DNA of 64,000 bases, from contig CACZCR010000009.1 of NCBI GenBank assembly GCA_902779705.1, positions 1,684-65,683 on the forward strand. Direction: 5' to 3'. The notes beneath the pieces are model-generated. The model worked only from the letters and a program-made list of their open reading frames with translations. It searched no databases and had not been told where the DNA came from. Positions 43,901 to 52,214 of the stretch are shown here, one piece after another. This DNA is from an uncultured Bacteroidales bacterium. GTDB lineage: Bacteria; Bacteroidota; Bacteroidia; Bacteroidales; Paludibacteraceae. Each line of letters starts with the position of its first letter. Position 1 is the stretch's first letter. A program made the position numbers and the translations under genes.

Positions 43901-45022
43901 ACTATGCATTGTAGGGCGGAGGCTGTTCTTACATATTTGGGCGGCGAGGGTGTTCATGTTATGGAAGCGGCTGTAATCGGTATCTGCGGGGACGTCGTTG
44001 ACATCTCCCATATCCGTCAGTTGCCATGGAGAGAGGATGAGCAATTGCCCCATCTCGCAGAGCTGATGACGTCGCTTCTCGGGATGCCAGCCCTCGCGTA
44101 TGGGTTCTTTTTGCAGATGGATAAGCGAGAGGGCTTTCTCTATGCAATCTTTGACCAGTTGTTGCTCGCCTTTCGAGATACCCGGTGTGACCAACACGGC
44201 ACCATCTTTAGCCGCCTGAATCCATGCGGCGCGTTCGCGCTGGAACGCGTCGGTGGTCTCATAGCGGGTATTAAAGTCGCGCTGATCGCCGTGCATCAAC
44301 CAACGATGGCAGAAGACCTGTTCTTTCCACGGGCGCTTGAGCAAAAAGAGATTGCCATACGCGGCGAAGTCCTGTCCGTCGATGGTGATGTGCTGGCGGC
44401 GCTGGAATAAATCGGGATACATAGCACGCATGATAGCCCGACGAGGGTTGTCCTGGACGTAGTTGATGATATTTTCCAGCTGACCTTTGCGGTAACAGAT
44501 GGTATCGTCGTAGTTGTCGTCGAAGAGGGGTTCTATACCATGCTCGGCGTAATAGGTCTCGCGCTTTTTGCGGGAGGAATGGGCGAGGTAGTCGCGATCT
44601 ATGTCAGCATCCGCCATACATGGCGGATACAAAGAACGATACGCCTGTGTACAGCCCATTTTGAAGCCGCGGATGATCTCACCAAGAGGAACGTCCATGG
44701 GACGCTCTACCTGGAGGATACCATGGAAATGGTCGGGCATGACCTGATAGCCCAGCGAGCGGATTTGACGGCCGCGGGCGGATTGTATCTCAAAGGTCTG
44801 TAGCCACGCTTGCTCTACGTATTGACCAAGCTTGGTCAATACGATAGAGGGAGCGGAAAGATCGTTGTTCAGTTCGCCAAACACGCGCTTGCGTGCGTGC
44901 GTAACGATAGTAATAAGGTATATCCCGGAGGATCTGTAATCCCTACAGGTATTGTGAGGACGATGGGCGCTACTCAATAGGCCGCCGCGATCCTTCCAAT
45001 ATGTATACCAATCGAACGACAT
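43880..45022 (-). CDS. Y1 HUH (IS200/IS605-like) transposase-family protein, RAYT-like, with long C-terminal extension
   Basis: HUH motif in MPDHFHGILQV. Candidate catalytic Tyr helix is IINYVQDNPRRAIM. At 380 aa it is much longer than classical RAYT/TnpA. Confidence 0.75.
   Translation of the reverse strand: MSFDWYTYWKDRGGLLSSAHRPHNTCRDYRSSGIYLITIVTHARKRVFGELNNDLSAPSIVLTKLGQYVEQAWLQTFEIQSARGRQIRSLGYQVMPDHFHGILQVERPMDVPLGEIIRGFKMGCTQAYRSLYPPCMADADIDRDYLAHSSRKKRETYYAEHGIEPLFDDNYDDTICYRKGQLENIINYVQDNPRRAIMRAMYPDLFQRRQHITIDGQDFAAYGNLFLLKRPWKEQVFCHRWLMHGDQRDFNTRYETTDAFQRERAAWIQAAKDGAVLVTPGISKGEQQLVKDCIEKALSLIHLQKEPIREGWHPEKRRHQLCEMGQLLILSPWQLTDMGDVNDVPADTDYSRFHNMNTLAAQICKNSLRPTMHSTTRHTE
44609..44628. 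repeat. Perfect palindrome ATCCGCCAT-AC-ATGGCGGAT inside the RAYT-like CDS
   Basis: Seen directly. It encodes ...YPPCMADAD... between the HUH and Tyr motifs. Confidence 0.95.
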
Positions 45023-45030
45023 TGTTTATG

Positions 45031-45050
45031 ATCCGCCATGTATGGCGGAT
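45031..45050. repeat. Perfect palindrome ATCCGCCAT-GT-ATGGCGGAT in the 31-nt gap between the RAYT-like start and the gdhA stop
   Basis: Seen directly. Confidence 0.95.
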
Positions 45051-45053
45051 GCG

Positions 45054-46412
45054 TTATACCAGTCCTTGCTCGACCATGGAGTTGGCCACTTTCATAAAGC
45101 CGGCGATGTTGGCGCCTTTGACGTAGTTGATATAGCCGTCCTCCTCGGTGCCATACTTGAGGCAAGCAGCGTGGATATCGGCCATGATAGTACGCAGACG
45201 TTGGTCTACCTCCTCGGCCGTCCATTTGAGACGCATCGAGTTCTGGCTCATCTCCAATCCGGAGGTGGCTACACCACCGGCGTTGGATGCCTTACCCGGG
45301 CTATAGAGGATCTTAGCGCCTTGGAAGAGTGCAATGGCATCCGGCGTGGTCGGCATGTTAGCGCCTTCGGTCACGCAGAAGCAACCGTTCTTGAGCAGGT
45401 TCTCGGCGTCAGCTTTCTCGATCTCGTTCTGGGTAGCACACGGCATGGCGATATCGCAAGGGATGCGCCAGGGACGCTCGCCGGGGAAATACTGTGCCTG
45501 CGGGAACTTAGTTGCATACTCTTTGATACGGCCGCGGCGGATGTTCTTGAGCTCGAAGACATAGTTGAGTTTGTCTTCGGTGAGTCCCTCGGGATCATAG
45601 ATGAAACCGTCGGAGTCGCTCAGGGTGAGCACTTTGGCGCCAAGGCGCATTGCTTTCTGTGCTGCGTACTGGGCTACGTTGCCTGCACCGGAGATGCAGA
45701 CGCGCTTGCCCTCAAAGGACTCGCCGCGTGTAGCGAGCATGGCCTCGGCAAAGTAGCATGCACCGTAGCCGGTAGCCTCGGGACGCATCAACGAGCCGCC
45801 CCAGTTCTGGCCCTTGCCGGTGAGGGTGCCGGTGAACTCATCGCGCAGACGTTTGTATTGGCCAAACATAAAACCTATCTCACGACCACCTACACCGATA
45901 TCGCCTGCCGGCACGTCGGTGTCTGCGCCTATATGGCGTTGTAGCTCGGTCATGAACGACTGGCAGAAACGCATCACCTCGGCATCGGATTTACCGCGCG
46001 GGGAGAAATCCGAACCACCTTTGGCGCCACCCATAGGCAGGGTGGTGAGGGCATTCTTGAAGGTCTGCTCGAAAGCCAGGAACTTCATGATAGAGAGGTT
46101 GACAGACGCATGGAAACGGATACCGCCTTTGTACGGACCGATGGCAGAGTTCATCTGCACACGGAAACCACGGTTGATCTGCACCTCGCCCTGGTCATCC
46201 ATCCAAGGCACGCGGAACATGATCACGCGCTCGGGCTCCACCATGCGCTCCATCACTTTCTGCTCGCGCAGGTACGGGTACGCCATTATCATAGGTGCTA
46301 CCGAGTCCACTACTTCTTTGACTGCCTGGTGAAACTCTTTCTCACCGGGGTTCTTAGTGATGAGGTCCGCCATAAAAGCGTCCACATACATCTGTGTTTG
46401 TTTGTCCATCAT
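45054..46412 (-). CDS. gdhA: NADP-specific glutamate dehydrogenase
   Basis: RVPWMDDQGEVQINRGFRVQMNSAIGPYKGGIRFH, GGAKGGSDF, GAGNVAQYAA. Confidence 0.97.
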   Translation of the reverse strand: MMDKQTQMYVDAFMADLITKNPGEKEFHQAVKEVVDSVAPMIMAYPYLREQKVMERMVEPERVIMFRVPWMDDQGEVQINRGFRVQMNSAIGPYKGGIRFHASVNLSIMKFLAFEQTFKNALTTLPMGGAKGGSDFSPRGKSDAEVMRFCQSFMTELQRHIGADTDVPAGDIGVGGREIGFMFGQYKRLRDEFTGTLTGKGQNWGGSLMRPEATGYGACYFAEAMLATRGESFEGKRVCISGAGNVAQYAAQKAMRLGAKVLTLSDSDGFIYDPEGLTEDKLNYVFELKNIRRGRIKEYATKFPQAQYFPGERPWRIPCDIAMPCATQNEIEKADAENLLKNGCFCVTEGANMPTTPDAIALFQGAKILYSPGKASNAGGVATSGLEMSQNSMRLKWTAEEVDQRLRTIMADIHAACLKYGTEEDGYINYVKGANIAGFMKVANSMVEQGLV

Positions 46413-46468
46413 ACTATGTTGTTAGTTGTTTATCAATGATTGTTTGCGCCTACACGCAAATTTGGGTA

Positions 46469-46500
46469 CAAAGGTACAAAAAAAAATGAGTATGAGCAAA
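46469..46500 (-). promoter_or_regulatory. Promoter of gdhA
   Basis: Reverse complement reads TTTG, a 20-nt spacer, then TACCTTTG. Confidence 0.6.
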
Positions 46501-46608
46501 TTTTTTTGCTCTTTTAATGCATAATTATGCAAAAACAGGATATTTTTGGCACAAACGTTAGTAAAATGTATCTAATTTCGCACTTTTTCTACTTTTTTTA
46601 CGAAAAAA

Positions 46609-46640
46609 TTTGCATATTTACAAAAAAAGCAATACCTTTG
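46609..46640 (+). promoter_or_regulatory. Promoter of the 46717 gene
   Basis: TTTG (46609-46612), a 20-nt spacer, then TACCTTTG (46633-46640). Confidence 0.6.
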
Positions 46641-46716
46641 TGGCGTTTTTTGGTTCAAGGACCAAAGTCTGTTATCAAACTGTACAAAAAATTATTAACT
46701 AAAACAACACTGTATT

Positions 46717-48885
46717 ATGAAGAAATTTTTCTCTTTTATTTGCGCTTTTGCAGTTGTATTAAGCGCTAGTGCAGTTCCTGCTACTCCGACTAAGTCGTTG
46801 GAGAAGGGTCGTTTTGCCACCGCTATTACTCAGCCTAAGGCTAAGAAAGTAGTAGTTAAGAAGAGCGATCTACGCAAGACTGTTGAGTTGAAGCAAGCAG
46901 AGAAGTTTGCTCCCGCTACCAAGACCACAAAGGTTGCAAAGGCTAAGAAAGCTGAGACCAATGTAGTAGTAAGTGCGATAACAAGCAATTTCTATGCTTC
47001 GGACAACGACATCTACTATGCACTGTACAACGAGGACAAAAGCAAGATTTTCTGCTTTGACATCTATTGTGCAGAGGGTGAGAAGGATGTTAAATCCGGT
47101 CAGACCTACACCCTAGCAGACATGTATTCCACGTATTGTGAGTGGGTTCCGGCCAACGACACCTACAACGGGACAGCGTTCGCTTCTGCTTCGTTCACCA
47201 AGACTGTAGCCGGAGACGGCTCGTTCACGATTGTAGCTACCGCTACTGACGTTAATGGCGATATATGGAATCTGAGCTACTCGGAGGCTGCGTCTGTTCC
47301 TGAGACCTACAACCTGACGATGGCCAAAGCTTCGCTCGAATACAGCGCATCGTATAGTGATATAAATGTCTCTATGAATGATTCGGATGAGAACTATTAT
47401 TTCTATTTTGACATTCTGTTGCCGACCGGTCAGACAGAGTTGATCTCCGGTCAGACCTACACCCTAGCAGACATGGATGCACAGTACACCAAGGGTATTA
47501 ACTATGTCAAGATGGAGTATATCAACTATGCTTCTGTATCGTTTACTCAAACAGTGGCTCAAGACGGTTCGTTCACCGTGGTAGCTCAGGTGCTTGACGA
47601 CAAGGGCAACACTTGGAACCTGAGCTATGCTCAAGGTGCTCCGCAGGTCAGCGAGCAGACCCTGACTCTGAATGGTATCGCTCAGCCAGGTAGCAGCTAC
47701 GGACAACTGGAGGCAGCTAACGCAGACTCGACCCAGTTGGTAAGCTTGCTCATCTATGCCAGCAGCCTGGAAGGCGACTTTACCATCGACGACTTGATCA
47801 CCGCCTACAGCCTGAGCTATGTGCTGTTCGACGGCGTAGAGTATGACATCGAAGATGCAACACTCAGCGTAGTATATGACGAGCAGAAGGGTGCATACAT
47901 TGCAACCGGTACACTGAAGGGCGTTAATCCGGATGATCCTACTGATGTAGTGATCTTCACGATCAATCTGACTTGCGAAGGCGACGCACCGAGTGGTGGT
48001 ATTGATCCTGTGGCACTGCCTGATTCGATCACCGGTAGCGACTTTGAGTTGGAGATCAATCCGACATCGTGGAGCCTGAGCGGCGCATCTAACGAGGGCT
48101 TGTATCTGGGCATCATGGGTTATAGCGCAACCGTAGCCGGTCACTATGACACCTCTAACCTGGATGACTACTACAGCTACGTAGGCGTATATAACCAGAG
48201 CAGCCAGAGCTCGACCTATTTCGACTTGGTAGATGCTGACTTGACAGTCACCTACGAGAACAACGTGATCGCTGTCAAGGGTACGTTTACCGGATCGGAC
48301 GGTACGACGGAGAAGACGTTTGCTATCGATGTAACCGGTACGTATATCGAGCCGACAGAGCGTCACTATCAGTATGACGAGCAAGGTGCTTTCGGTGCTA
48401 TCTTCCCAACTTATGAGGTAGACGACAGCTATCTGTCAAAGAACGGTGTTATCTATGTTGAGGCTGAAAACGAGGCAGGACAGATCGTTGGTTTGGCATT
48501 CCTCCCGCAAGAGGGTCAAAGCGAACTGACAGCAGGTGAGTACCCGATCAACGCATCCGGCGATGCAGGTACACTGTACGCAAGTAGCGGTCTGAACTCG
48601 AACGGTAGCCTCACCTATTCGTTTGCCGGCATACAAGGTACTCAGGGCATCGAGAACGTATGGTTCATCGTAGCAGGTAAAGCTACTATCCACGAGAATG
48701 GTGTGATCGAGTTGGAGGGTCTGAACTCTTACAACCAGCCTGTTAACGCACGTCTGGGCGAGTGGCCGGAAGGTGTGGACAACATCCAGTTGACTGAGAA
48801 GGCTAAGAAGATCATCTTGGATGGTGAGCTCTATATCATCCTGGACGGTAAACTCTACGATGCTCGCGGTGCACAGATCCGTTAA
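46717..48885 (+). CDS. Large secreted repeat protein, same C-terminal-motif family
   Basis: Signal peptide MKKFFSFICAFAVVLSASA. An internal duplicated module occurs twice (SGQTYTLADM...ASFT(K/Q)TVA(G/Q)DGSFT(I/V)VA...G(D/N)(I/T)WNLSY). The C-terminus is GVDNIQLTEKAKKIILDGELYIILDGKLYDARGAQIR. Confidence 0.75.
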   Translation: MKKFFSFICAFAVVLSASAVPATPTKSLEKGRFATAITQPKAKKVVVKKSDLRKTVELKQAEKFAPATKTTKVAKAKKAETNVVVSAITSNFYASDNDIYYALYNEDKSKIFCFDIYCAEGEKDVKSGQTYTLADMYSTYCEWVPANDTYNGTAFASASFTKTVAGDGSFTIVATATDVNGDIWNLSYSEAASVPETYNLTMAKASLEYSASYSDINVSMNDSDENYYFYFDILLPTGQTELISGQTYTLADMDAQYTKGINYVKMEYINYASVSFTQTVAQDGSFTVVAQVLDDKGNTWNLSYAQGAPQVSEQTLTLNGIAQPGSSYGQLEAANADSTQLVSLLIYASSLEGDFTIDDLITAYSLSYVLFDGVEYDIEDATLSVVYDEQKGAYIATGTLKGVNPDDPTDVVIFTINLTCEGDAPSGGIDPVALPDSITGSDFELEINPTSWSLSGASNEGLYLGIMGYSATVAGHYDTSNLDDYYSYVGVYNQSSQSSTYFDLVDADLTVTYENNVIAVKGTFTGSDGTTEKTFAIDVTGTYIEPTERHYQYDEQGAFGAIFPTYEVDDSYLSKNGVIYVEAENEAGQIVGLAFLPQEGQSELTAGEYPINASGDAGTLYASSGLNSNGSLTYSFAGIQGTQGIENVWFIVAGKATIHENGVIELEGLNSYNQPVNARLGEWPEGVDNIQLTEKAKKIILDGELYIILDGKLYDARGAQIR

Positions 48886-48904
48886 TCCGAACATTGTTTG
48901 ATAG

Positions 48905-48942
48905 AAAAATCCCACGCACACAATGTACGTGGGATTTTTTTT
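48905..48942 (+). terminator. Rho-independent terminator
   Basis: AAAAATCCCACG cacacaatgta CGTGGGATTTTTTTT. Confidence 0.7.
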
Positions 48943-48969
48943 GTATGTTTTATAGCACATTTGGCGTTT

Positions 48970-49005
48970 TTTGCTTGCATATATCAATTATTTTGCGTAT
49001 CTTTG
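48970..49005 (+). promoter_or_regulatory. Promoter of hpf
   Basis: The -7 box TATCTTTG lies at 48998-49005. Upstream are TTTG/CTTG at 48970-48977. Confidence 0.5.
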
Positions 49006-49044
49006 CAGTGCAATTTGAGTATTCACTTTAAAAAAGACAATACT

Positions 49045-49320
49045 ATGACAATGACGATTAATGCTGTAAACTTTGAGATGGCTAAGCCTCTTGAAGATTT
49101 CATTGAGAAGAAAATGAGCCGTTTTGGCCGTCACATCAACGCCGACGACAAAGTAGAGATTCGTATGTCGGTCATCAAACCGCAGACCAATGCCAACAAG
49201 GAAGTTAAGATGCGTATAGCCGGTATGTTTGCCGAGAAAACAGCCGACACTTTTGAGGAGGCTATCGACGGCTGCCTGTCCGCATTAGAGACACAGATCG
49301 AGCGCCGCAAGAACGCATAA
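49045..49320 (+). CDS. hpf: Ribosome hibernation-promoting factor / RaiA family protein
   Basis: 91 aa, MTMTINAVNFEMAKPLEDFIEKKMSRFGRH...FEEAIDGCLSALETQIERRK is typical of the short HPF family. The ATG at 49045 is chosen because the longer ORF runs through the promoter. Confidence 0.85.
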   Translation: MTMTINAVNFEMAKPLEDFIEKKMSRFGRHINADDKVEIRMSVIKPQTNANKEVKMRIAGMFAEKTADTFEEAIDGCLSALETQIERRKNA

Positions 49321-49342
49321 GATGGCCTGCTAAGGGCTAAAG

Positions 49343-49377
49343 AAAGCACCTTTCCTATTCGGGGAAGGTGCTTTTTT
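49343..49377. terminator. Bidirectional hairpin terminator between hpf and nrdG
   Basis: AAAGCACCTT tcctattcgggg AAGGTGCTTTTTT. The nrdG stop codon lies within the loop. Confidence 0.6.
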
Positions 49378-49897
49378 GAAACCGTGCCGTGTCGTCAACC
49401 CAGCCATCGGGTGTACGCTTGTAGAAGCGCTGGTTGGTGGTGGGTGACTTGAGTCCGCCGAGCGATTCGATATACGGGCCGAGTTTGACAAAGTCGTAAG
49501 GGAGACCGCTACGCTGTAAGACCGTTATCACTGTTAGACCGTTATCACTGTTAGACCGCTTCGCTGTAAGACTTTCCGGCAAAGCCGGGCGACCGCTATA
49601 CCACGCGGTCCGTAACCCGTAACCCGTTACCCGTAGCCCCTTCACCCACTCTGCCAAGCGGGCTACTTCTTCGGGTTCGGCATCGCCGCCCATGAAAGCC
49701 ACGCAGGTGATCATCGCTCCATAACGATCGATCAGGCCGCCGAGCAGCTCTTCGGTCAGCGGTTCGCCTATATCCTCGGCCAAGTGCTGGCTGTGGCAAC
49801 CGGGGCAGTGGCAGGGACAGTTAGAGAGATTAAGGGCGAGTGTTACCTCGCCCGGAATCTCTTGAAAAACAATATCGAAAGATGCTACTTTTAACAT
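49355..49897 (-). CDS. nrdG: Anaerobic ribonucleoside-triphosphate reductase activating protein (radical SAM)
   Basis: MLKVASFDIVFQEIPGEVTLALNLSNCPCHCPGCHSQ..., ...FMGGDAEP..., ...KLGPYIESLGGLKSPTTNQRFY. The ATG at 49897 lies 1 nt from the nrdD stop. The gene contains repeat-derived segments. Confidence 0.88.
   Translation of the reverse strand: MLKVASFDIVFQEIPGEVTLALNLSNCPCHCPGCHSQHLAEDIGEPLTEELLGGLIDRYGAMITCVAFMGGDAEPEEVARLAEWVKGLRVTGYGLRTAWYSGRPALPESLTAKRSNSDNGLTVITVLQRSGLPYDFVKLGPYIESLGGLKSPTTNQRFYKRTPDGWVDDTARFQKSTFPE
49502..49572. repeat. 17-nt-period array of the GACCGCTTCGCTGTAAGA family inside nrdG
   Basis: GAGACCGCTACGCTGTAA GACCGTTATCACTGTTA GACCGTTATCACTGTTA GACCGCTTCGCTGTAA GAC. 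Confidence 0.9.
49610..49647. repeat. 7-nt array (CCGTAAC)n inside nrdG
   Basis: CCGTAACCCGTAACCCGTTACCCGTAGCCCCTTCACCC, encoding (reverse strand) ...VKGLRVTGYGLRT.... Confidence 0.9.
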
Positions 49898-51990
49898 TGC
49901 GGAGCTTTCTGTTTCTCTGCGTAATAGCGCTGAGCAGCCTCTTTCTGACGTGCCTCTGAGAAGTTGGATACGCGTTTCATGTAACCGATGACGCGGGTCA
50001 GATAGTCCACGTTCTTGGAGTGGCAATGAGGACACTCTTTGAGGTAGCGTTTGTCGATGTGACCACACTCGTTACATACGGTGTTCGGGATGTTGAAGGT
50101 GAAGTAGTTACATCCCTCTACAGCTGCTACGCGCAGCAGTTGACGATACTGCTCCTGGCTGAGGTGCTCCTCGAGATTGCAGTGCAGAGCCGAGCCACCG
50201 GTGAGATGGTCGATATACTTGCGACCATGCAGACGGAAGCGGTCAAGCACATTGATGCTGGTGTCTTCTACTACGTAGAAATAGCTGTTGTAGCAGTCGC
50301 GCGGCACAACGTAACCGTCCTCCTTGTCCCATTTAGCATGCTTAACACCTACGTTCTCTGCCGGAATCATCTCGCAGTTGAACATCACATCCTTGGTGCG
50401 GTACTGCTTGTTGAGTTTCTCGATAGTGCTCAAGATCTCCTCTACGAAGTTAGCATACTCGGGCGAATCCTTGATCTCGATGCCCAAGAACTCAGCAGCC
50501 TCGACCATACCATTGACACCGATGGTCAGATACTGACGACCGATATTGATATATCCGGCATCGAACAACGGCAACATACCCTTGGATTGCAGCTCCTTGA
50601 GGTTCTCGTTGTAAGCCAGCTGCACTTTGTGCATCAGGTCTACTACATCCTCGATGTACTTCTGGTACGGAATATTGTTGCGTACTGCATACTGCACAGC
50701 GCGGTTGAGGTTGATCGTCAACACAGACTTCGAGCCTGTCGACACACCACCGGCACCGAGCGTGTAGCTAAAGCCGTTGTCGGTGATCTCGTTACGCAGA
50801 CGGCAGCAGCTGGACAGTGAGTCAGCATTGTCGGATACGTAGGTGAAGAACGAGTGACCCTTAGCGTACATCTCAGCCGTGAAATCGCCGTACTCTTTGT
50901 CCTTGATGTCACCATTCTCAGCCAACAGGGCCATCGTCTCTACCGGGAAGGTAAGCACGCAGCGTGTACGCTCCTCGTTGAACCAGTTCATGAAGCGGCG
51001 TTGCAACCAATCGAGGCTCTCCCAGTGAGGTGCATCACCATTCGGGAAGCGGAAGTTCTCGAATAGGGACTGGAAATAATAACGGTCATAATAGCTGATG
51101 TTCCAGAACACGGACTGGAAGTTACGCGCACCCGAAGGCTGGTTGAGGCTATAAACCACCTGTTGGAAGCAGTCGGTGATGATCTTGTCGATCGTGCGAC
51201 GCTTAAGGCTGAGGTCTACAACCTCGTCTGCGCGCTTGTAGTAGTCATCGCCGTACTCCTGCTCGATGAAATAGTTCATATACATCAAGAACTCGGGCGT
51301 AGCGCATGCACCGGAGAGCATGGAGCTAACCATGAAGACCATATTGATGAATCCGCCGCAGAACGATTTGAGGTTGTGAGGAGGGGTAGCGTTACCGCCG
51401 ATAGACTTGGTGCCGCCGATCAACCACGGATACATGGTGATCGAAGCACAGTAGTTAGCGAGATTGGTCTCGTCGTTCTTGTAGATGAAGTGTTGGTTGA
51501 GCAGCGACATATAACGGTCACTGAGCTCCTTGCCAAACATCTCTTTGATACGCTCGGTCAGCAGACGACGGTTAAGACGGATAAAGCCCTGCTTAGGCAA
51601 CTCACCGATCAGGGTAGCGATGTTCTTGTGCTCCACATTGGCGTTGGCATCAAACTTCGAACCCTCGGCAGCGTTGGAAGCCTGTACGTAGTTCATCAAG
51701 AACTCCAGACGACGCTGTGTCTCGCGGTCCTCGGTATGGCCCTGACGATAGAGCATGTATGCTTTGGCTACCTGATAGTAACCCTCAGCCATCAATGCCA
51801 CCTCTACTTGGTTTTGGATCTCCTCGACGCTAATTCCGTTGTGAATACGAAGACGCGAGAGAATACCTGTCAGCGTCTCATCGGTCGCAAAAGCGCCTAC
51901 TGCCAAGAAAGATTTGGAGATAGCACTTTTGATCTTGTCGATGGTAAACAACTCTTTTTTACCATCACGTTTGATAATGTATGTTTCCAT
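49891..51990 (-). CDS. nrdD: Anaerobic ribonucleoside-triphosphate reductase
   Basis: N-terminal ATP-cone-like domain (METYIIKRDGKKELFTIDKI), a C-terminal Zn ribbon CNECGHIDKRYLKECPHCHS, and the glycyl-radical region RVIGYMKRVS. The ATG at 51990 is chosen because the longer ORF runs through the promoter. Confidence 0.95.
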   Translation of the reverse strand: METYIIKRDGKKELFTIDKIKSAISKSFLAVGAFATDETLTGILSRLRIHNGISVEEIQNQVEVALMAEGYYQVAKAYMLYRQGHTEDRETQRRLEFLMNYVQASNAAEGSKFDANANVEHKNIATLIGELPKQGFIRLNRRLLTERIKEMFGKELSDRYMSLLNQHFIYKNDETNLANYCASITMYPWLIGGTKSIGGNATPPHNLKSFCGGFINMVFMVSSMLSGACATPEFLMYMNYFIEQEYGDDYYKRADEVVDLSLKRRTIDKIITDCFQQVVYSLNQPSGARNFQSVFWNISYYDRYYFQSLFENFRFPNGDAPHWESLDWLQRRFMNWFNEERTRCVLTFPVETMALLAENGDIKDKEYGDFTAEMYAKGHSFFTYVSDNADSLSSCCRLRNEITDNGFSYTLGAGGVSTGSKSVLTINLNRAVQYAVRNNIPYQKYIEDVVDLMHKVQLAYNENLKELQSKGMLPLFDAGYINIGRQYLTIGVNGMVEAAEFLGIEIKDSPEYANFVEEILSTIEKLNKQYRTKDVMFNCEMIPAENVGVKHAKWDKEDGYVVPRDCYNSYFYVVEDTSINVLDRFRLHGRKYIDHLTGGSALHCNLEEHLSQEQYRQLLRVAAVEGCNYFTFNIPNTVCNECGHIDKRYLKECPHCHSKNVDYLTRVIGYMKRVSNFSEARQKEAAQRYYAEKQKAPQC

Positions 51991-52040
51991 ATATATAGTG
52001 TATAATAGTCGTTCGTGTAACCTGAAGCGGAAATCGGATG

Positions 52041-52072
52041 CAAAGGTACTGCTTTTTTTTGAAATGTGCAAA
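52041..52072 (-). promoter_or_regulatory. Promoter of nrdDG
   Basis: Reverse complement reads TTTG, a 20-nt spacer, then TACCTTTG. Confidence 0.6.
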
Positions 52073-52214
52073 TTTTTCAGCAACTTTTTTTGAAAAAAAA
52101 TCACAAAGTTGTCCAAAACAAAAACGCAAACCACTCATTATAAGCGATTTGCATTTTTTCGGGACTTAAAAAGTTGTCCAAAACAGAAAGCCTTCGTAAG
52201 CGTACGGTTTTACA

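Noticed and set aside
43766-44410. A 214-aa plus-strand ORF
   Set aside because: Its 5' part is a translation of the REP-like tandem array and the rest is antisense to the HUH-motif ORF. It is not a gene.
48800-48885. The shared C-terminal motif as a canonical T9SS C-terminal domain
   Set aside because: The conserved segment is only about 25-40 aa, whereas the T9SS CTDs I remember are about 70-100 aa. It cannot be confirmed without HMMs. It is kept as an open finding rather than an annotation.
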